Shown one piece after another: positions 43,880-57,021 of a stretch of DNA of 64,000 nt. The stretch's first letter is position 1; the number at the start of each line of letters is the position of its first letter. Origin of the DNA: Trichinella spiralis (taxonomy: Eukaryota); the NCBI RefSeq assembly GCF_000181795.1, contig NW_003526943.1:8411472-8475471 (forward strand). The letters are read 5' to 3'. A model generated the notes under the pieces. It made no database searches. It was not told where the DNA came from and saw only the letters and a program-made list of their open reading frames with translations. Both the position numbers and the translations under genes were made by a program.

Positions 43880-46814
43880 AATTGAATAAGGGAATAAAAA
43901 GATCAACAAACAGTCACCGAAAAAGAATTTTCACTTATTTTCATTCCTACTGTAATTTTAAAAAATTCAAGTTTAATTAATGTTAACTATCTACAGTTCT
44001 GCATAGCCGTTATTTCAAATTTTAATTCCATTAAAATATATTATGTATTATATATTTACATTATATGCATATTTAAAGTATATAATATGCTTTTAATTTT
44101 TATGTTTCAAAATGTTCAAAAATGTTTCATTTCAAAAAACGTTATACGTACAAAAGCTTTCAGCTTTCAATTTACTTTGAATTACAATTTAATACAAGTT
44201 CTCATAATAATTTTTGAATTTCCTCACTATCTGATCAAAAAAATGCAATACGACATAAATATAAGTCATACTTTTTTTTAATTTTTGGCACTTGATCCAC
44301 AAGTTTAAAAGTTCTATTTGTACTGAATAGCGTATGAAATTTGGAAGTTTACAAATTTAATTATAAATTACACTACATCACTAATTATACTTTTATTACA
44401 ATTCTCTTTTATATAATGTATATGAATCTTCACTGTTATGAATGTTCATATGATTTTCTGTGAACAGAAAATAATTGTTTTATGGAAAAATTGAAAACAT
44501 GATTTGATAGACAGATAGATATTTGTTTGCAAAAGTGTTTTAAGCTTCACTGATTTATTAATTTTTAAGTCAGTGAAGACATTCCCATATTATGCAGAAT
44601 ATTTCGTTATCATTTCAATGTTAGCGGCAACATGTTTAATCATTGTTGAGAAAACAAATTGAACCGCATTATTCAGCTTGTGTAAAGTCATTCTTACCAG
44701 GCTCGTTTTTATTACTGTTGAAATGCAAACAGTTTGTTTGATTTAGACATTTACCCCACCCATATAACAGTTTAAGTAAAAGAATAAAATAAAATTTTAT
44801 TGCTGTTTATTTACATTCTAATAAAGCTTTGGGAAACTCAAAAGGCTGAAATTAAGGATTACAATAATAGAAGATTTAAAAGTAAAGATGTATTTCAGAT
44901 GTAAATTAAAAATTCTATTTAAAAAATTCAATAAAATTTCCCGTAAGTCAAATTAAAACAGGGAGTAATAAAGGAATAATTTTTTGATTTTTAATTTCAG
45001 TTTGAAATTCAGTATCAAATTAAACATAATTGATTTTATTAGAGTTTATTTTAAATTAAGAGATTTTAGTTGTGCTTTTGATGCATCAGTTAATTAAAGA
45101 AAGAAAAATACATAATAAGCGCTTTTTAAGTAAATAACAATGTATTTTTGTAATATTTATTCAACAATTTCAATAAAAAAAATTTAGTAAAAATGAATAT
45201 CCAAATATGAATTTAAAACAATAAAAATGATCTTAAAAATAAATTAATAGAGCTAGAAATTGAAATGATTAAAAGTGAAATTAATATATGAAAACTAAGT
45301 TTATTTAAATGAATGTTCAAGTGAGTTAAAGCATAAAGTTAAAGAATTGTTCTATTATTCATTTGCTAAATTATAAAACAGACTTATTTATTATTTGATG
45401 TTCTTTTTAAAATAAAATTATTAATGTTTAATTAACAGAAATTCCCAATTTTATTTTTATAACATTTTAGGTAAATTTTTATATGTAGATTTGTAGGGGT
45501 TTAGGCATGTGATATTTCGAGTTATTAACTTTCATAATATCATATCTGGAAAAGTAAAAATTCAGCATTTTTCAAACTACTGAATGCTGATAGAAAAGCA
45601 ATTTTGTAACAAAATATAATGAGATGAAAACAATCACAGTTGTATCATTCTTATTTACAGCACTTATAAGTAATTTTGAAGTTTCAGTTTCACGTCAGAG
45701 AAGATATTATCAACTGCGTTTACCCCTGAGCTAATCAAAAGTCGTTGAATAAGACAGATGCTTTCCTTCAATTAAATCCTTTCTTATTTACGAATCATCG
45801 CTAAAAGCTTACATTTTTGGCGATAGTATTTTTTGAGAGACAGAAATTTGTATATCTAAAGACAAAAGCAGTATCTATTTTTAAAAAATAATTCTGATTA
45901 TGTTCTTAATTTGAAAGTGTTTATAAAAATATGATAAAATGTCATAAAAGTTTATGCAGAGACCTTGAAATAATATCCTACATTTTATAAAAAGAATTAA
46001 AGATTGTCATAATAGCACGTTTTTCTGATGTTTCTTCAATTGCAAACAATCTCCGTTGTAAACGTTGAAATGACTCGTCACTTCTTCAATTAAAAACCAG
46101 GTAAAAACTGCAAATATACAAATAATAAAAGCTTAAAATATCAAAATGTTTTTAATGTGTCAAAATTTATTCGTATTGAAATTAATAACAGCATACATAA
46201 TTTAGTTTTATTTATTACGTATTCATTAATTAATATGCTGACAAACTAGTGAACTTTAAATTGCACTAAACTAAGTTTTCAGAAATAATAGATTAAAAGG
46301 CCATATTTATTATTGTGTACACTTTTAAATACGTAAAATTTCTTGAATTTACAAATTAACAATCTAATTATTATTTCGCGAAGCTCGATCATGAATATTA
46401 AAATTTTTGAAAAATAACGATTTTTTTACAAAAAGTAAAAAAATAATAATTCACATTGTTTTCGCAACTATTATGAAAATTTATTTTGCCAAAATATTCA
46501 ATTTATCAAACAAAATGTAATAATAATTTAAAAATTAAAAATGTCTTTCAAATTTTAAAGTGCTACACTGAATTATTTTGAAGGAAGGTGCAATACAGCA
46601 CAATTTAAAAAGCAGATATGTATAGCACGTTTATTATTTTAATATCGTGAGTTTTAATATCTTTTTAAACAGTAAAATTTGTTTAAAAGATGTATGTAAC
46701 AGTGGTTTTAGAATATGCTTCAAACAAGGATGCTACAGTTTAAACCAAATAGTTTAAAATGTGCTTGAATTGAGCATAGTGCAGTTGAAATTTTCAACGA
46801 ATCATTTGAATACA

Positions 46815-48467
46815 ATGGAGGCGTTCTGGTTGGTGGTTGCAACGACTGTTATAATTTATATACTTTTCTGTGCGTACGCTATTCAAAATCCCCCAAAATA
46901 TGTTATGATGAAAGCTCCTGCTTTCAAAGCAAAGATTATAGCTCATCGTGGCGGTAATATGTGAAACTAATAATTTTAATCTGAACTGCTTTGTGAATAT
47001 TCGCTTGAAGGTGAATTTTATTTAGGCGCAGGTGAACATGTCGAAAATACACTATCAGCCATGTTATTGTAAGATTTTTATCCATAAACATTAATTAAAA
47101 AATTCATTGTAAAATGTTTTAGAGCTGCTGAAAAAAAAGTTGATATGCTTGAACTGGATGTTCATATTACAAAAGATGAACAAGTAGTAGTTTGTCATGA
47201 CGACCACTTATTGCGTGTTGCAGGAGTCGACAATTATATTTCCAAACTCAATTACAATGTATGTAAGAAATTTTATTATATTTAAATTTTTTGAAATTTT
47301 ATATTTAGGAACTTCCGTTTCTGAAAAATAATATCCCTCTTGATGAGCACTCAGGTAGAATATTAAATCTTCATGAACAAATAAATAAAAAAGAATTTCT
47401 CCAGAAGTGCCTGGTGGTTCAACGCAGAATCTGATGGATAGAAGAATACCATTGTTGGAAGAAATTCTTAAGCAAACTTATCCAATTCCAGTAAATATTG
47501 ACATTAAAATAAATAATGACAAGCTTATTGAAAAGGTAAACAGTGCTTTATCATTTGCTTTACTTTTCTCATCATTATTCTGAAAAGACAATGAAGAGTC
47601 TTTATTAAACAGCATATTCAAATTGCTCCCAAGCAATTTTTCATTAAAAGTAGAATAAAATAATTTGCATGTAGACAGCAGAAATTGTAAGCATTTCTAA
47701 GAGAGAAAATTCCGTGGCATGGGGAAATTTTGATGAAAAAATTGTTCGAAAGTTGCATAAAGCAGTATGTTAATTTCATTCATCTTTTTAAACTTTATTT
47801 TACTACTTTTCCTATTTTAGAATCGAAATGTGAATCTTATATGCTCTACTAGGACTGTACTAAAAATTATTTTCTTCTTTTATATTGGGCTTTTACCATT
47901 CATTCCTTTAAAGGAAAATTTTTTGGAATTACCCATGCTGACGACCCTTTATAAGTATTGTACATATTGCTACTATTGCTCATTTTTGGTAATATTAAAA
48001 TAATATAATTTAGACGATCAGGTTACTGCAACAAATTCCGTCCTGTTGTATTAAAAATTTTAGCTGTAGCAGACTGGTAAGACATGAACACAATACGTAT
48101 TTTGAAAAGATTTTTTTGTACTTTAATTTTTAATTATTGCGTTATATGACTTGAAACATGAATATATTTTTTATAAATTCAAATGTAAGTGATTTATTTC
48201 TTAAATTTAATAATTCTTTTAGTATAGTAAAAATTTAGTATTTTTGCTGCATGTTTTTTAAATTGCAGGCTACTTTTAAATCCAGTGTTGTTTAAACATT
48301 TGAAAAAACGTGGCATGCAAATTTTCCTCTGGGTTCTGAACACTCCAGAAGAGTTTGAGCACGCTTTTCAAGTTGGAACTGATGGCATTATTACTGATTA
48401 CCCAACGCTTTTGTCAGATTTTATCAAAAATAGAGACAATTTGTCGAAGATTACGATTGATATATAA
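46815..48467 (+). CDS. GDPD1: Glycerophosphodiester phosphodiesterase GDPD1/GDPD3-type (lysophospholipase D); multi-exon
   Basis: N-terminal TM segment, IIAHRGG|AGEHVENTL, DMLELDVHITKDEQVVVCHD, RIPLLEE, PVNIDIK, WGNF, FYIGLLPFIPLKE and WVLN..GTDGIITDYP. Confidence 0.9.
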
Positions 48468-48932
48468 AATCAACGTCGAGCAAAGATTTTTTAAAATTGT
48501 TATTCAATTTCAAATTTTTATTAAATCTTACAACATTTGCAACAATATAGTTATGCATTGCTTTTACTTATTTAGCAGTTTATTTGCAAAATGCCTAGTT
48601 ATTTCAAATAATCTAATTTAATTTTATTGAAAATAAAACATAAAATAAATTTATTATTAATACGCATATAAATTCAACAACCATTATAAATGAAATGAAA
48701 TGGAATGCACTGAAAATAAAATATATCAAAATTTTGTGGACCAGTCACTATAATGCACTGGAAATTCTAGATTTAAGGTAAGTTGATGAAAAAACAAATA
48801 CAAATTGTTAAATGCAGTAGCAAATGACAATAAAATAGTGGATAGAATGTCAAATCTGCAAACCCATGTATTTGGATGGGAATGTTTAAGAAAGCGGTTA
48901 CTGCGAAGCTAAGAAATCGGAACTAAAGATAC

Positions 48933-49018
48933 ATAATCAGGAAGGTAATTAAACACTGTTTCTCGCAAAAAATCTACTATCTAATTCTCGCTGTATCGCT
49001 AAATTTCATCATATTTAT
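48933..49018 (-). ncRNA. Candidate box C/D snoRNA
   Basis: Minus strand: C box ATGATGA (49012-49006) and D box CTGA (48940-48937), 76 nt box to box, with a 4-bp ATAA/TTAT terminal stem. No target was identified. Confidence 0.35.
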
Positions 49019-49831
49019 TTTATAATATTATTTTTAATGTACAACAATAAATTATAATTTGAATTATTTCACCTATAATATGCATTACTAAGATGATTTT
49101 TAATAATCATTTAAAAATAGAGGAATTTCGAGAAAATTGAAATAAAAAAAGGAATTATATAATTTATCAAAAATAAAATATATTTTTTAAAACAAAATGC
49201 GTCAGGATTTTTTATTTATTTTAGCAGTCGCCAGTTTTTGATAATCATACTGTACAGTTCTTATTAAACTTTACTTTTTATAATTACAGTATTCCAGACG
49301 TTTGTTTTTCATAATTAGCATTTTTTGTGTTTTATTATTTGTTCATATGTTTATATATAATTTAACAAATTACAGTTAGCAGATTTCCAAAAAAATTATT
49401 TTCTTTTATTGTGTGGAACATGATTCATTCTGCATGGTGCTTATTGTTTCCTGTTTAGTAGACTTTGTTTATGATCGATATCAGTTTTAGACGAATTAAT
49501 TATGTTAAATAAATGTGCTGGTTTCTGTAATTTTTGTCTTTTATTGTTTATTCTTTTTCAGGGAAATTTATAATTTGAAACAATATTATTTTGTGCTTTT
49601 TTTGATGTTTTGATTGTTGAAATAATTTTTATTTAGTAATAGTTTTAGCATTGTAACAAGTGGGTTAAATGAATTGCGTTATCAGATTTTTTAATGCTTG
49701 TTTGCTACATTGCTTTGAATTTATTTTTTTTGATAAAATTTGAAACTTGGAATAAATTGTCTTGCAATTCATATAAGCGACTGCAATTTCTTAATAGTTA
49801 ATTGTGTGGATTATAATTTTAGAATTTGGTC

Positions 49832-51334
49832 ATGTCCTTAGCTGAGGAATTGTTGGCCGATTTGGAAGAAGGTGATGATGATGATTATAACGTAGCAGAA
49901 GAAGCAGCAGAAGGAGAAGAAAAGGAAACGCGTACCAGAAGCATTTATAACCGGGTTACAGCAGTTGCACATTTGCTGCACAGTGATCATTTTCAGGGTA
50001 TAATGCAGAGAATTGCGGATAGAATGGAAAATAGTCATTTGACTAGTATTTCTGGACCTGTGGAATCGCATCCTGAATATTTGCTGATTGTTGACGCGAA
50101 TGGCTTAGCAGCGGAAATCGATAATGAAATTGCGGTGGTGCACAAATTTGTTCGCGACAAATATGCGAAACGTTTTCCCGAATTGGAATCACTTGTTCAA
50201 ATGCCGATGGAATACGTCGCTTGTGTAAAAGAGCTTGGCAATGATATTTTGGACAAAGCGAAGCACAATGAACAATTGCAAAATATTTTGTTGCCTTCGA
50301 CTGTAATTGTGATCAGCGTTACTGCTTCGACAACACAAGGTGAATGTTTGACAGACGAAGAGTTGGCAATAGTGATGGAAGGCTGTGAGATGGCGATTCA
50401 ACTGAACGATGCAAAATTGAAAATTTATCAATTTGTCGAATCTAGAATGCATTGTATTGCGCCGAATTTGTCGGTCATTTTAGGGCCAGAAATTGCGGCG
50501 AAATTAATGGGAACCGCTGGTGGAATAACACAACTGAGCAAGATTCCAGCTTGTAATGTTCTGATACTTGGATCACAAAAACGAACGCTAAGCGGGTTCA
50601 GCTCCACAACCATTTTACCCCATACTGGATATATTTATTATACTCCTCTTGTACAATCACTTCCGGCCGATTTGCGACGCAAAGCTGCTCGACTAGTCGC
50701 TGCCAAGTGCACTTTAGCTGCTCGAATAGATTCGGTGCATTCGCATTCGGATGGATCAGTTGGTCTGAAACTTGCAGAAGAGGTGCGAAGTAAATTTGAA
50801 AAATGGCAAGAACCACCGCCCAAGAAATTAATCAAGCCTCTTAGCAAGCCTTTGGATCAAGCGAGCAAAAAGCGCGGCGGTCGACGAATACGAAAAATGA
50901 AAGAGCGTTTAGGTTTGACGGAGCTGAGACGTAAAGCGAACCGGATGAATTTTGGCCAAATCGAAGAGGACATACTCCAAGAGCACATGGGCTTTTCGTT
51001 GGGCCAGGCTAAAACTGGTGGTCCAGGCGGACGCCTTCGGGCACCGCAAGTTGATCAGAAGAGTCGAGCACGTATGTCGAAAACACTGCAGAGGAATATG
51101 CAAAAGCAGCAGAGTACTTTTGGAAGTGTAACTAGTGTTCGTCGACAATTAGCTGGAACCATTTCTACAGTAACTTTCACTCCTGTACAAGGTTTGGAAA
51201 TTGTCAATCCACAAGCAGCCGAAAAGGACAAGTCGGCGGAAGCAGCTAGTGCGAAATATTTTCGAGAGGATGCGGAATTTATCAAAGTCGAGACGCCAAT
51301 TCCTGGCCATCATCATAATCATCAATCGAAGTAA
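49832..51334 (+). CDS. PRPF31: U4/U6 snRNP protein Prp31 (Nop domain); single uninterrupted ORF of 500 aa
   Basis: MSLAEELLADLEE, GPVESHPEYLLIVDAN, KYAKRFPELESLV, SVTASTTQG, IAPNLS, KIPACNVLILG, AAKCTLAARID, KKRGGRRIRKMKERLGLTELRRKANRMNFG and TFTPVQGLEIVNPQAAE. A TTTTAG acceptor ends at 49822. Confidence 0.97.
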   Translation: MSLAEELLADLEEGDDDDYNVAEEAAEGEEKETRTRSIYNRVTAVAHLLHSDHFQGIMQRIADRMENSHLTSISGPVESHPEYLLIVDANGLAAEIDNEIAVVHKFVRDKYAKRFPELESLVQMPMEYVACVKELGNDILDKAKHNEQLQNILLPSTVIVISVTASTTQGECLTDEELAIVMEGCEMAIQLNDAKLKIYQFVESRMHCIAPNLSVILGPEIAAKLMGTAGGITQLSKIPACNVLILGSQKRTLSGFSSTTILPHTGYIYYTPLVQSLPADLRRKAARLVAAKCTLAARIDSVHSHSDGSVGLKLAEEVRSKFEKWQEPPPKKLIKPLSKPLDQASKKRGGRRIRKMKERLGLTELRRKANRMNFGQIEEDILQEHMGFSLGQAKTGGPGGRLRAPQVDQKSRARMSKTLQRNMQKQQSTFGSVTSVRRQLAGTISTVTFTPVQGLEIVNPQAAEKDKSAEAASAKYFREDAEFIKVETPIPGHHHNHQSK

Positions 51335-51622
51335 TAATTATCTGTTCATTAAGAAAATATCAGTGAATCTTTTATTTTTTTTTGAAAAATTTATTATTGT
51401 AAAATTAAATATTTTTTTAATTAAAAAAGATAGAATTGTAAAACTTTGTAAAAATTATATTGTCCATTCTGTCAAACTGTGTGCATTCACTCACAAGTAA
51501 TTTTTGATTGCAATGAATAGCAAAAAATGTCATTTGAAGAAAAATATGAATATTTTTAATTTTGGTCTGTACATTTTATTATTGAGCTGTTATATTAAAA
51601 AAAATTTCGTCTAAATTTCAAT

Positions 51623-54600
51623 TCAATGTCTTTCATCAATCACTTCAATGAACCGAATAGTATTGTCGCTTGTTTCTCTTTTCGAACCAAGTTCATGGAA
51701 AACAAATAATAAAAAAGAGATGACCAGAATTGCGCAGGTGGAATAAATTTTATATTCCATAAATCCAAAAGGTTTGATCAAAAATCCAATGCTCATTCCC
51801 AGTGCTCTAACGGAGTGATATATGGTAAAAGAAAATTGCCAACGTTCTTGAAGAGTTTCATACAATATTTCTAAAAACGGATCGTACTTAATATGAAGTT
51901 ATAAATTTCACAGTTTCTCACTTACTTTGGCCCAATATTTGCCAAATTGTCTGTCCAACACTCCAAGTTATTGTAATAACGTAAAAAATGGCCAGATCCT
52001 CATCAGTTGGATTCCATATTCTCAATACAAGCAAGCCACCGATGTGGCAGCTCAAGCCAAGCCATATAAAAGTAGCTTTGCTGAGATGAGTCACAGTAAG
52101 CATCAAAAAAATACTAAACAATGCGCTAACCAAACTGTAGCTGAACAATACATATCCAGTGATTGATATCGAAGTTGTGCATGCTATATATGCCTACAAT
52201 TGAATTTCTGCTTTTAAAATTGATTTATCAGCAAAAAGTAATGCTCATAAGTAGCATAAAGAAAAAAAGAAAAAAATGCAACGATTCAGTTCTTCTTACA
52301 AATTTTATTAATGGAAATTTTACATTTTAAAGCTATTAAAAAATTTAAGCTGTCATTAGAATCTAATAATTGTATTACAGTAGTGATTGACTGCACTTAA
52401 TATTGAAAACTGTTCCCTACAACAACAAGATACAAATAAATGAGATTCAATAAACTATATTTGCATGATATATTTTAGCAATTTATTATGTTAATAAATT
52501 TTATCATGAAAATAATTCAATATGGAAATTTAAAAAATTTTAAGTTACTTGACATATCAAAAATTCAAGCTAGAAAAATAAATGTGATAATTGCTTTTTA
52601 ACAAATTTCATTATCTTACATGGAAACTCAAATAATAGGGATATTTTCTCTGCATATTAAATGCATTCTTCAATTTTTCTTTTCATTACTACTGAAAAAT
52701 GACGTTAATATACAATATATATGGATAGGGAAAAAGTTAAATTGTGTTTTTCATAAATGAAGACAGAATATATCAAAAAACTTTGTTTGCTTGCTTTTTG
52801 TCTGGAAAATTGTTTTTAATTTATTTCGATAACAATTTTAAAAGTTGACTAATAATTACAGTGTATAATTGTATTAGCAGTTTATGAGATTTTAAATTAA
52901 CAACAATTTTATACAATATATTACTGATAAAATTTTAAAATTTTACAATATTTTGAAATCAGATAAAAATAGTAATAAATGCGGACAGAGGTTTAATTTA
53001 TCATAAATCATATGCGTCCTTTAAATCAATGCAAATTTGTCAGTAAAATAATTAAAAATTCAATTTTTAAATTTTAAATTATTAGCTGAAATTTCCATGC
53101 ATTAATTTTTGAAGAATGTTTAAGTGTGAAGTTGAGGAATAAGTGTGCTCATTATATTTTTCTTGTGTCGATTTAAAATGCATTTTATAATCCTGCATGC
53201 TCGTTTAGCTTACTGGACAATTATTTATTTAACTGATTTATTTTCAGCAACATCTCATCAAATTATGAGATGATTTTTCGCGCTAAGTTCATTTTTCTTC
53301 ATAATGCATTAGAACAATGACTTCATCAACAATTTTGGACTAAAGCATGGAGCACAATTTAAAATTTACATTCTTATTATTCAAATGTTGTTTCTGAAAC
53401 ATGTTAACAAAATATATCATTTGCAATAGCTGATACTGCAGGGCAATCATTCCACGGAAGTTTCTTTACGCAAAATACTTATGGTTCATATTTCAAATGA
53501 AAGATTTTTTTAATATGAAAAAATATTAAAAAAGAATAAGCGTATACGATAAACAAATAATTTAAAGTGTGGCTAAAATGCAATATTACAGCAGTGTATT
53601 ATTAGCTCAGTTTATAGTTGTAGTTAATGAAGCGGTCAGACATATGATTAGTATGATAAAGATGCGAATGAAAAAAGTAGTTGGCAAGCAAGCAAAACAA
53701 TTATTAATTTGTTCAGTATAGCTTTGCAAAAATTACATTATATTTTATGCATGTCAACATGTTTATGGAGAAGAAAAACAAAAATTTACTGACCAATAAG
53801 CTTAATTGGGAAAGCAATAAATAAAACCTTTTATGCAGCTTACATCATCTGCACTAGGGCGTTATTTGATAATAAAATGAAACTTTCGCAATAAGGGGCA
53901 TAGCAACGCTACAGATGAGTTCAATTTGATGTTCCTCGATGGGCAGAAGTTATTGATATCGATTTATGTAGTTTTAAAGTTATTAGTTTGTAAGAAAAAA
54001 TATTTGTTTGTAAAAACATCATCAACAACAACAAGAAGAGAACAAGAAATCACCAATTACTTACTTCAACTACATCAGCCATTAAAAACGCTTCGCTGAA
54101 TCCTGTGTAGAAAAAAAGCATAACTTTTCTGAAAATACATTTGTAGCTGAAGGTTTGCATAATGCTGTAAAACCTCCAACGTGTTGCAGTGCTATACGCA
54201 TTTGATGGAAAAAAATCAGACTGATCCAAAAAAAGCAAAACTAAAGCAATTGCAGATGCAATCCATGCAAGACATAATGGTAGTACATGCCATCCCAGTG
54301 GGGCTAGATAATCAGATTTCCGTGAAACTAAAAATGTAGCTAGACTGAACGATGAAGCACTTGTATAATGGCATCCCCGTTTTTCAGAGTTGACCATAAC
54401 CAAAGGATACTGGGTATAATTTTTACCGCTTTCTACACCTAAACCAAATTCCAACAAGAATCCAAGTGCCCAACCGGTGTAAGTAAATGCATAATAGATG
54501 CATAAAAATCGTTGAATGCAACAATCTTTTGACTTTGGCGAACCTCTGACATAGCGGTTAGCTGCTTCGATGATGTAAGTATCCGGTGCACCCCATAGCA

Positions 54601-54937
54601 GACCTTGGCCTAATCCAAGCAGTATGCAAGCTGGGATAATAATTGAATACTGATAAAATGAAATGCTGAAAATAAGCAAAGCAGCCATAGCATAGGCGGG
54701 CGCCAGAACTAATTTGTAGGGAATTTTCGGTAAAAATAGGCCATTCATTAAGGCTGAACCAGCACTTACAGCATAAAGCAAGCTGAATAGAACAGACGAG
54801 ATGTTACCTATTTCTGGCAGAATGCACAGATATGTTCTCAGCGGAATAAAGCATCCACAATAACACATAGATGAACAGCTTAACACTAGCACATTCTTTA
54901 CCACTTCCAGACTTATTTTCCAATCTTGGCTGAGCAT
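51623..54937 (-). CDS. UNC-93-like MFS membrane protein; three exons (~54064-54937, ~51924-52193, ~51623-51870)
   Basis: Multiple TM helices. IPACILLGLGQGLLWGAPDTYIIEAANRY resembles the UNC-93 motif; also FYTGFSEAFLMAD, AYIACT, WSVGQTIWQ and GMSIGF. Confidence 0.72.
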
Positions 54938-57021
54938 CTTTATTCTTCTTGTATAATTTCTGTTCTTTGTTGCTGTTTTTTTAATTATAAACTGAAACTA
55001 CAAAAATAAATGAACCGTAAATGTAAAATTTCAATAAGTAATAATAATTTCAAAAGCAGAAAACAACATTCATCATAAAATAATGCTACAGTAGACTGGA
55101 ATTAAAGACTTAGTGAAAGTTTTGAGAATATTTTAGATCAAAGGAGCATTTCTGAGATGTCGGTTTGGTTAAAGTGCAATTTCGATTTTTCACTCGTAAA
55201 GTGATCCGTTATAAACTTTGCTCGACGACAGCCAATCAACGTTCAGTGAAAAGCAAGCCGACAAAACCCGCTAACGAGTTTGATCTTTGCAACTTGTTTT
55301 GATCGCTTCACCAGAACTTTGTTTATTTTGAAAAAATTATTTTTTCATAAAAAAGTAATATTCAGCAAATCAACATTTTTCTAAATCATTGGCAAAATTT
55401 TATGGCATGGATGATTTTTCTGTTGAAATTTGATAAAAGCAATACTCATAATCAGATGTACAGGAAGTTATCAAACGCAGTAATCACTCTCTTCATATGT
55501 GATAAAACTTTGTCAACTTTTAAAAAGTCAAAACTGATATGCTTATAAAAATTATTTTTTACAAGATATAAAGTCCAATTTTGAAGCATAGCAGCTGGTT
55601 TTTTGAAATAATCAAGGTTTTCAATTATTTTCATCATTTATATTTAAATGAAAAACAAAAATCTCATACAAATTATTTTTATGCGAATTAAGTGCAAGTT
55701 AATTGTTTATAATGACCGAATTAATCGCACAAAGCAGATATTGAAATGTTTATTTACAACGTATGCATTTTACAAAATTGAAAATGTTTAATGTGCATGC
55801 AAATAAAATCAGCAAGAGTCGTTCAGAATGTCAATTTGGACAAACATGCTTTCGCCGGTGACGTGTTAAGCGTTTAATCAAGTGCTAAAAAACACAGTAA
55901 TCAAATTTTTATACAACGAATTTTAAGTACTGCTTTATAGCAGTGGTAAACAAACAATAAAAACATAAAAGGGATAATGCAATTTGCTTCAACAATTAGG
56001 ATTCAAATCATTTCGATTAAGGGGTGAACATTATTTATTACTACAGATTACGACAACAGAGATTGCAAGTTTTCAAATAATCATTAATTTTGAAAAATGC
56101 TTAATATGCATAAGCTGAATTTTAACACAGAACAACAGAGCAACTTGATCCGAGAATTCCAAAGGGAATTGCTCTTTTTGCTCTGTCTACAGAATTGCAA
56201 AATCGAAGAAAATAGCTAATTAAGCAGCTTTGTTCAAGTTTCATTCATCCATAATTTTCAAACTGTTTATTAATGAATTCAGTAATTATGTTAATGAAAG
56301 AAAAAATAATTTCATTGTAAATTAATTTAACAGTTGGCAAAGGAACTTTCAATGAAACGTTGAAAATGAATATCTACCATTTAGTGAAATCAAGTAATGC
56401 AAAAAAAAGAATGGAAATGAAAACTCCTCTCATAAATTAATCTACTGTTCACCAATACACAGCTAATTACTAATTCAAAAGGATAATGATACTAATAATT
56501 TACAAGATAAATAACTGACTGCATCAGAAAAAATCTGTTATGCCATATTTTATTTTGAATAAATTAAAAGCATTAAAAAACACTTTACTTAAATTAAATC
56601 ATGCTTTTCTACGCTTAAAGTCGCTTGGCTTGTTTGATTAAATTTAATAACACGATTATCTGTGATGAAAAAAGTGAAATAAACAACAAAATATTCTTTT
56701 ATTTTATAAATTTCAAATTAATTTTACGCACGCATGATTTTTTATATTGCCATTATTGTGTAAATGAGAAAGATTCAGTTTGAAATGAAAAAAAAGGAAA
56801 GCTAAATGCGTCACAGATTAGCTGACTAAAAACAAACAAATTGTTAAATAATTTTGCTTCATAACAACAACAACAACAACATCACATTATTTATATTAAA
56901 AAGCACGCGATCAAGAAAACCAAGGAAATATATAAAGACATTTATTGCAAAAAACTAATATTCAAGCTATTAGTACTGATACTGCTAAAAATTAGTACAT
57001 ATTAAAAAACATTTAAATAAA

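Noticed and set aside
48981..49006. Resemblance to the U6 snRNA ACAGAGA region (minus strand cgatacagcgagaattag)
   Set aside because: Short, gapped match with no flanking U6 sequence.
49838..51285. Antisense ORFs over PRP31 (and similar ones over GT92 and XPNPEP3)
   Set aside because: Shadow frames of real, relatively GC-rich coding sequence.
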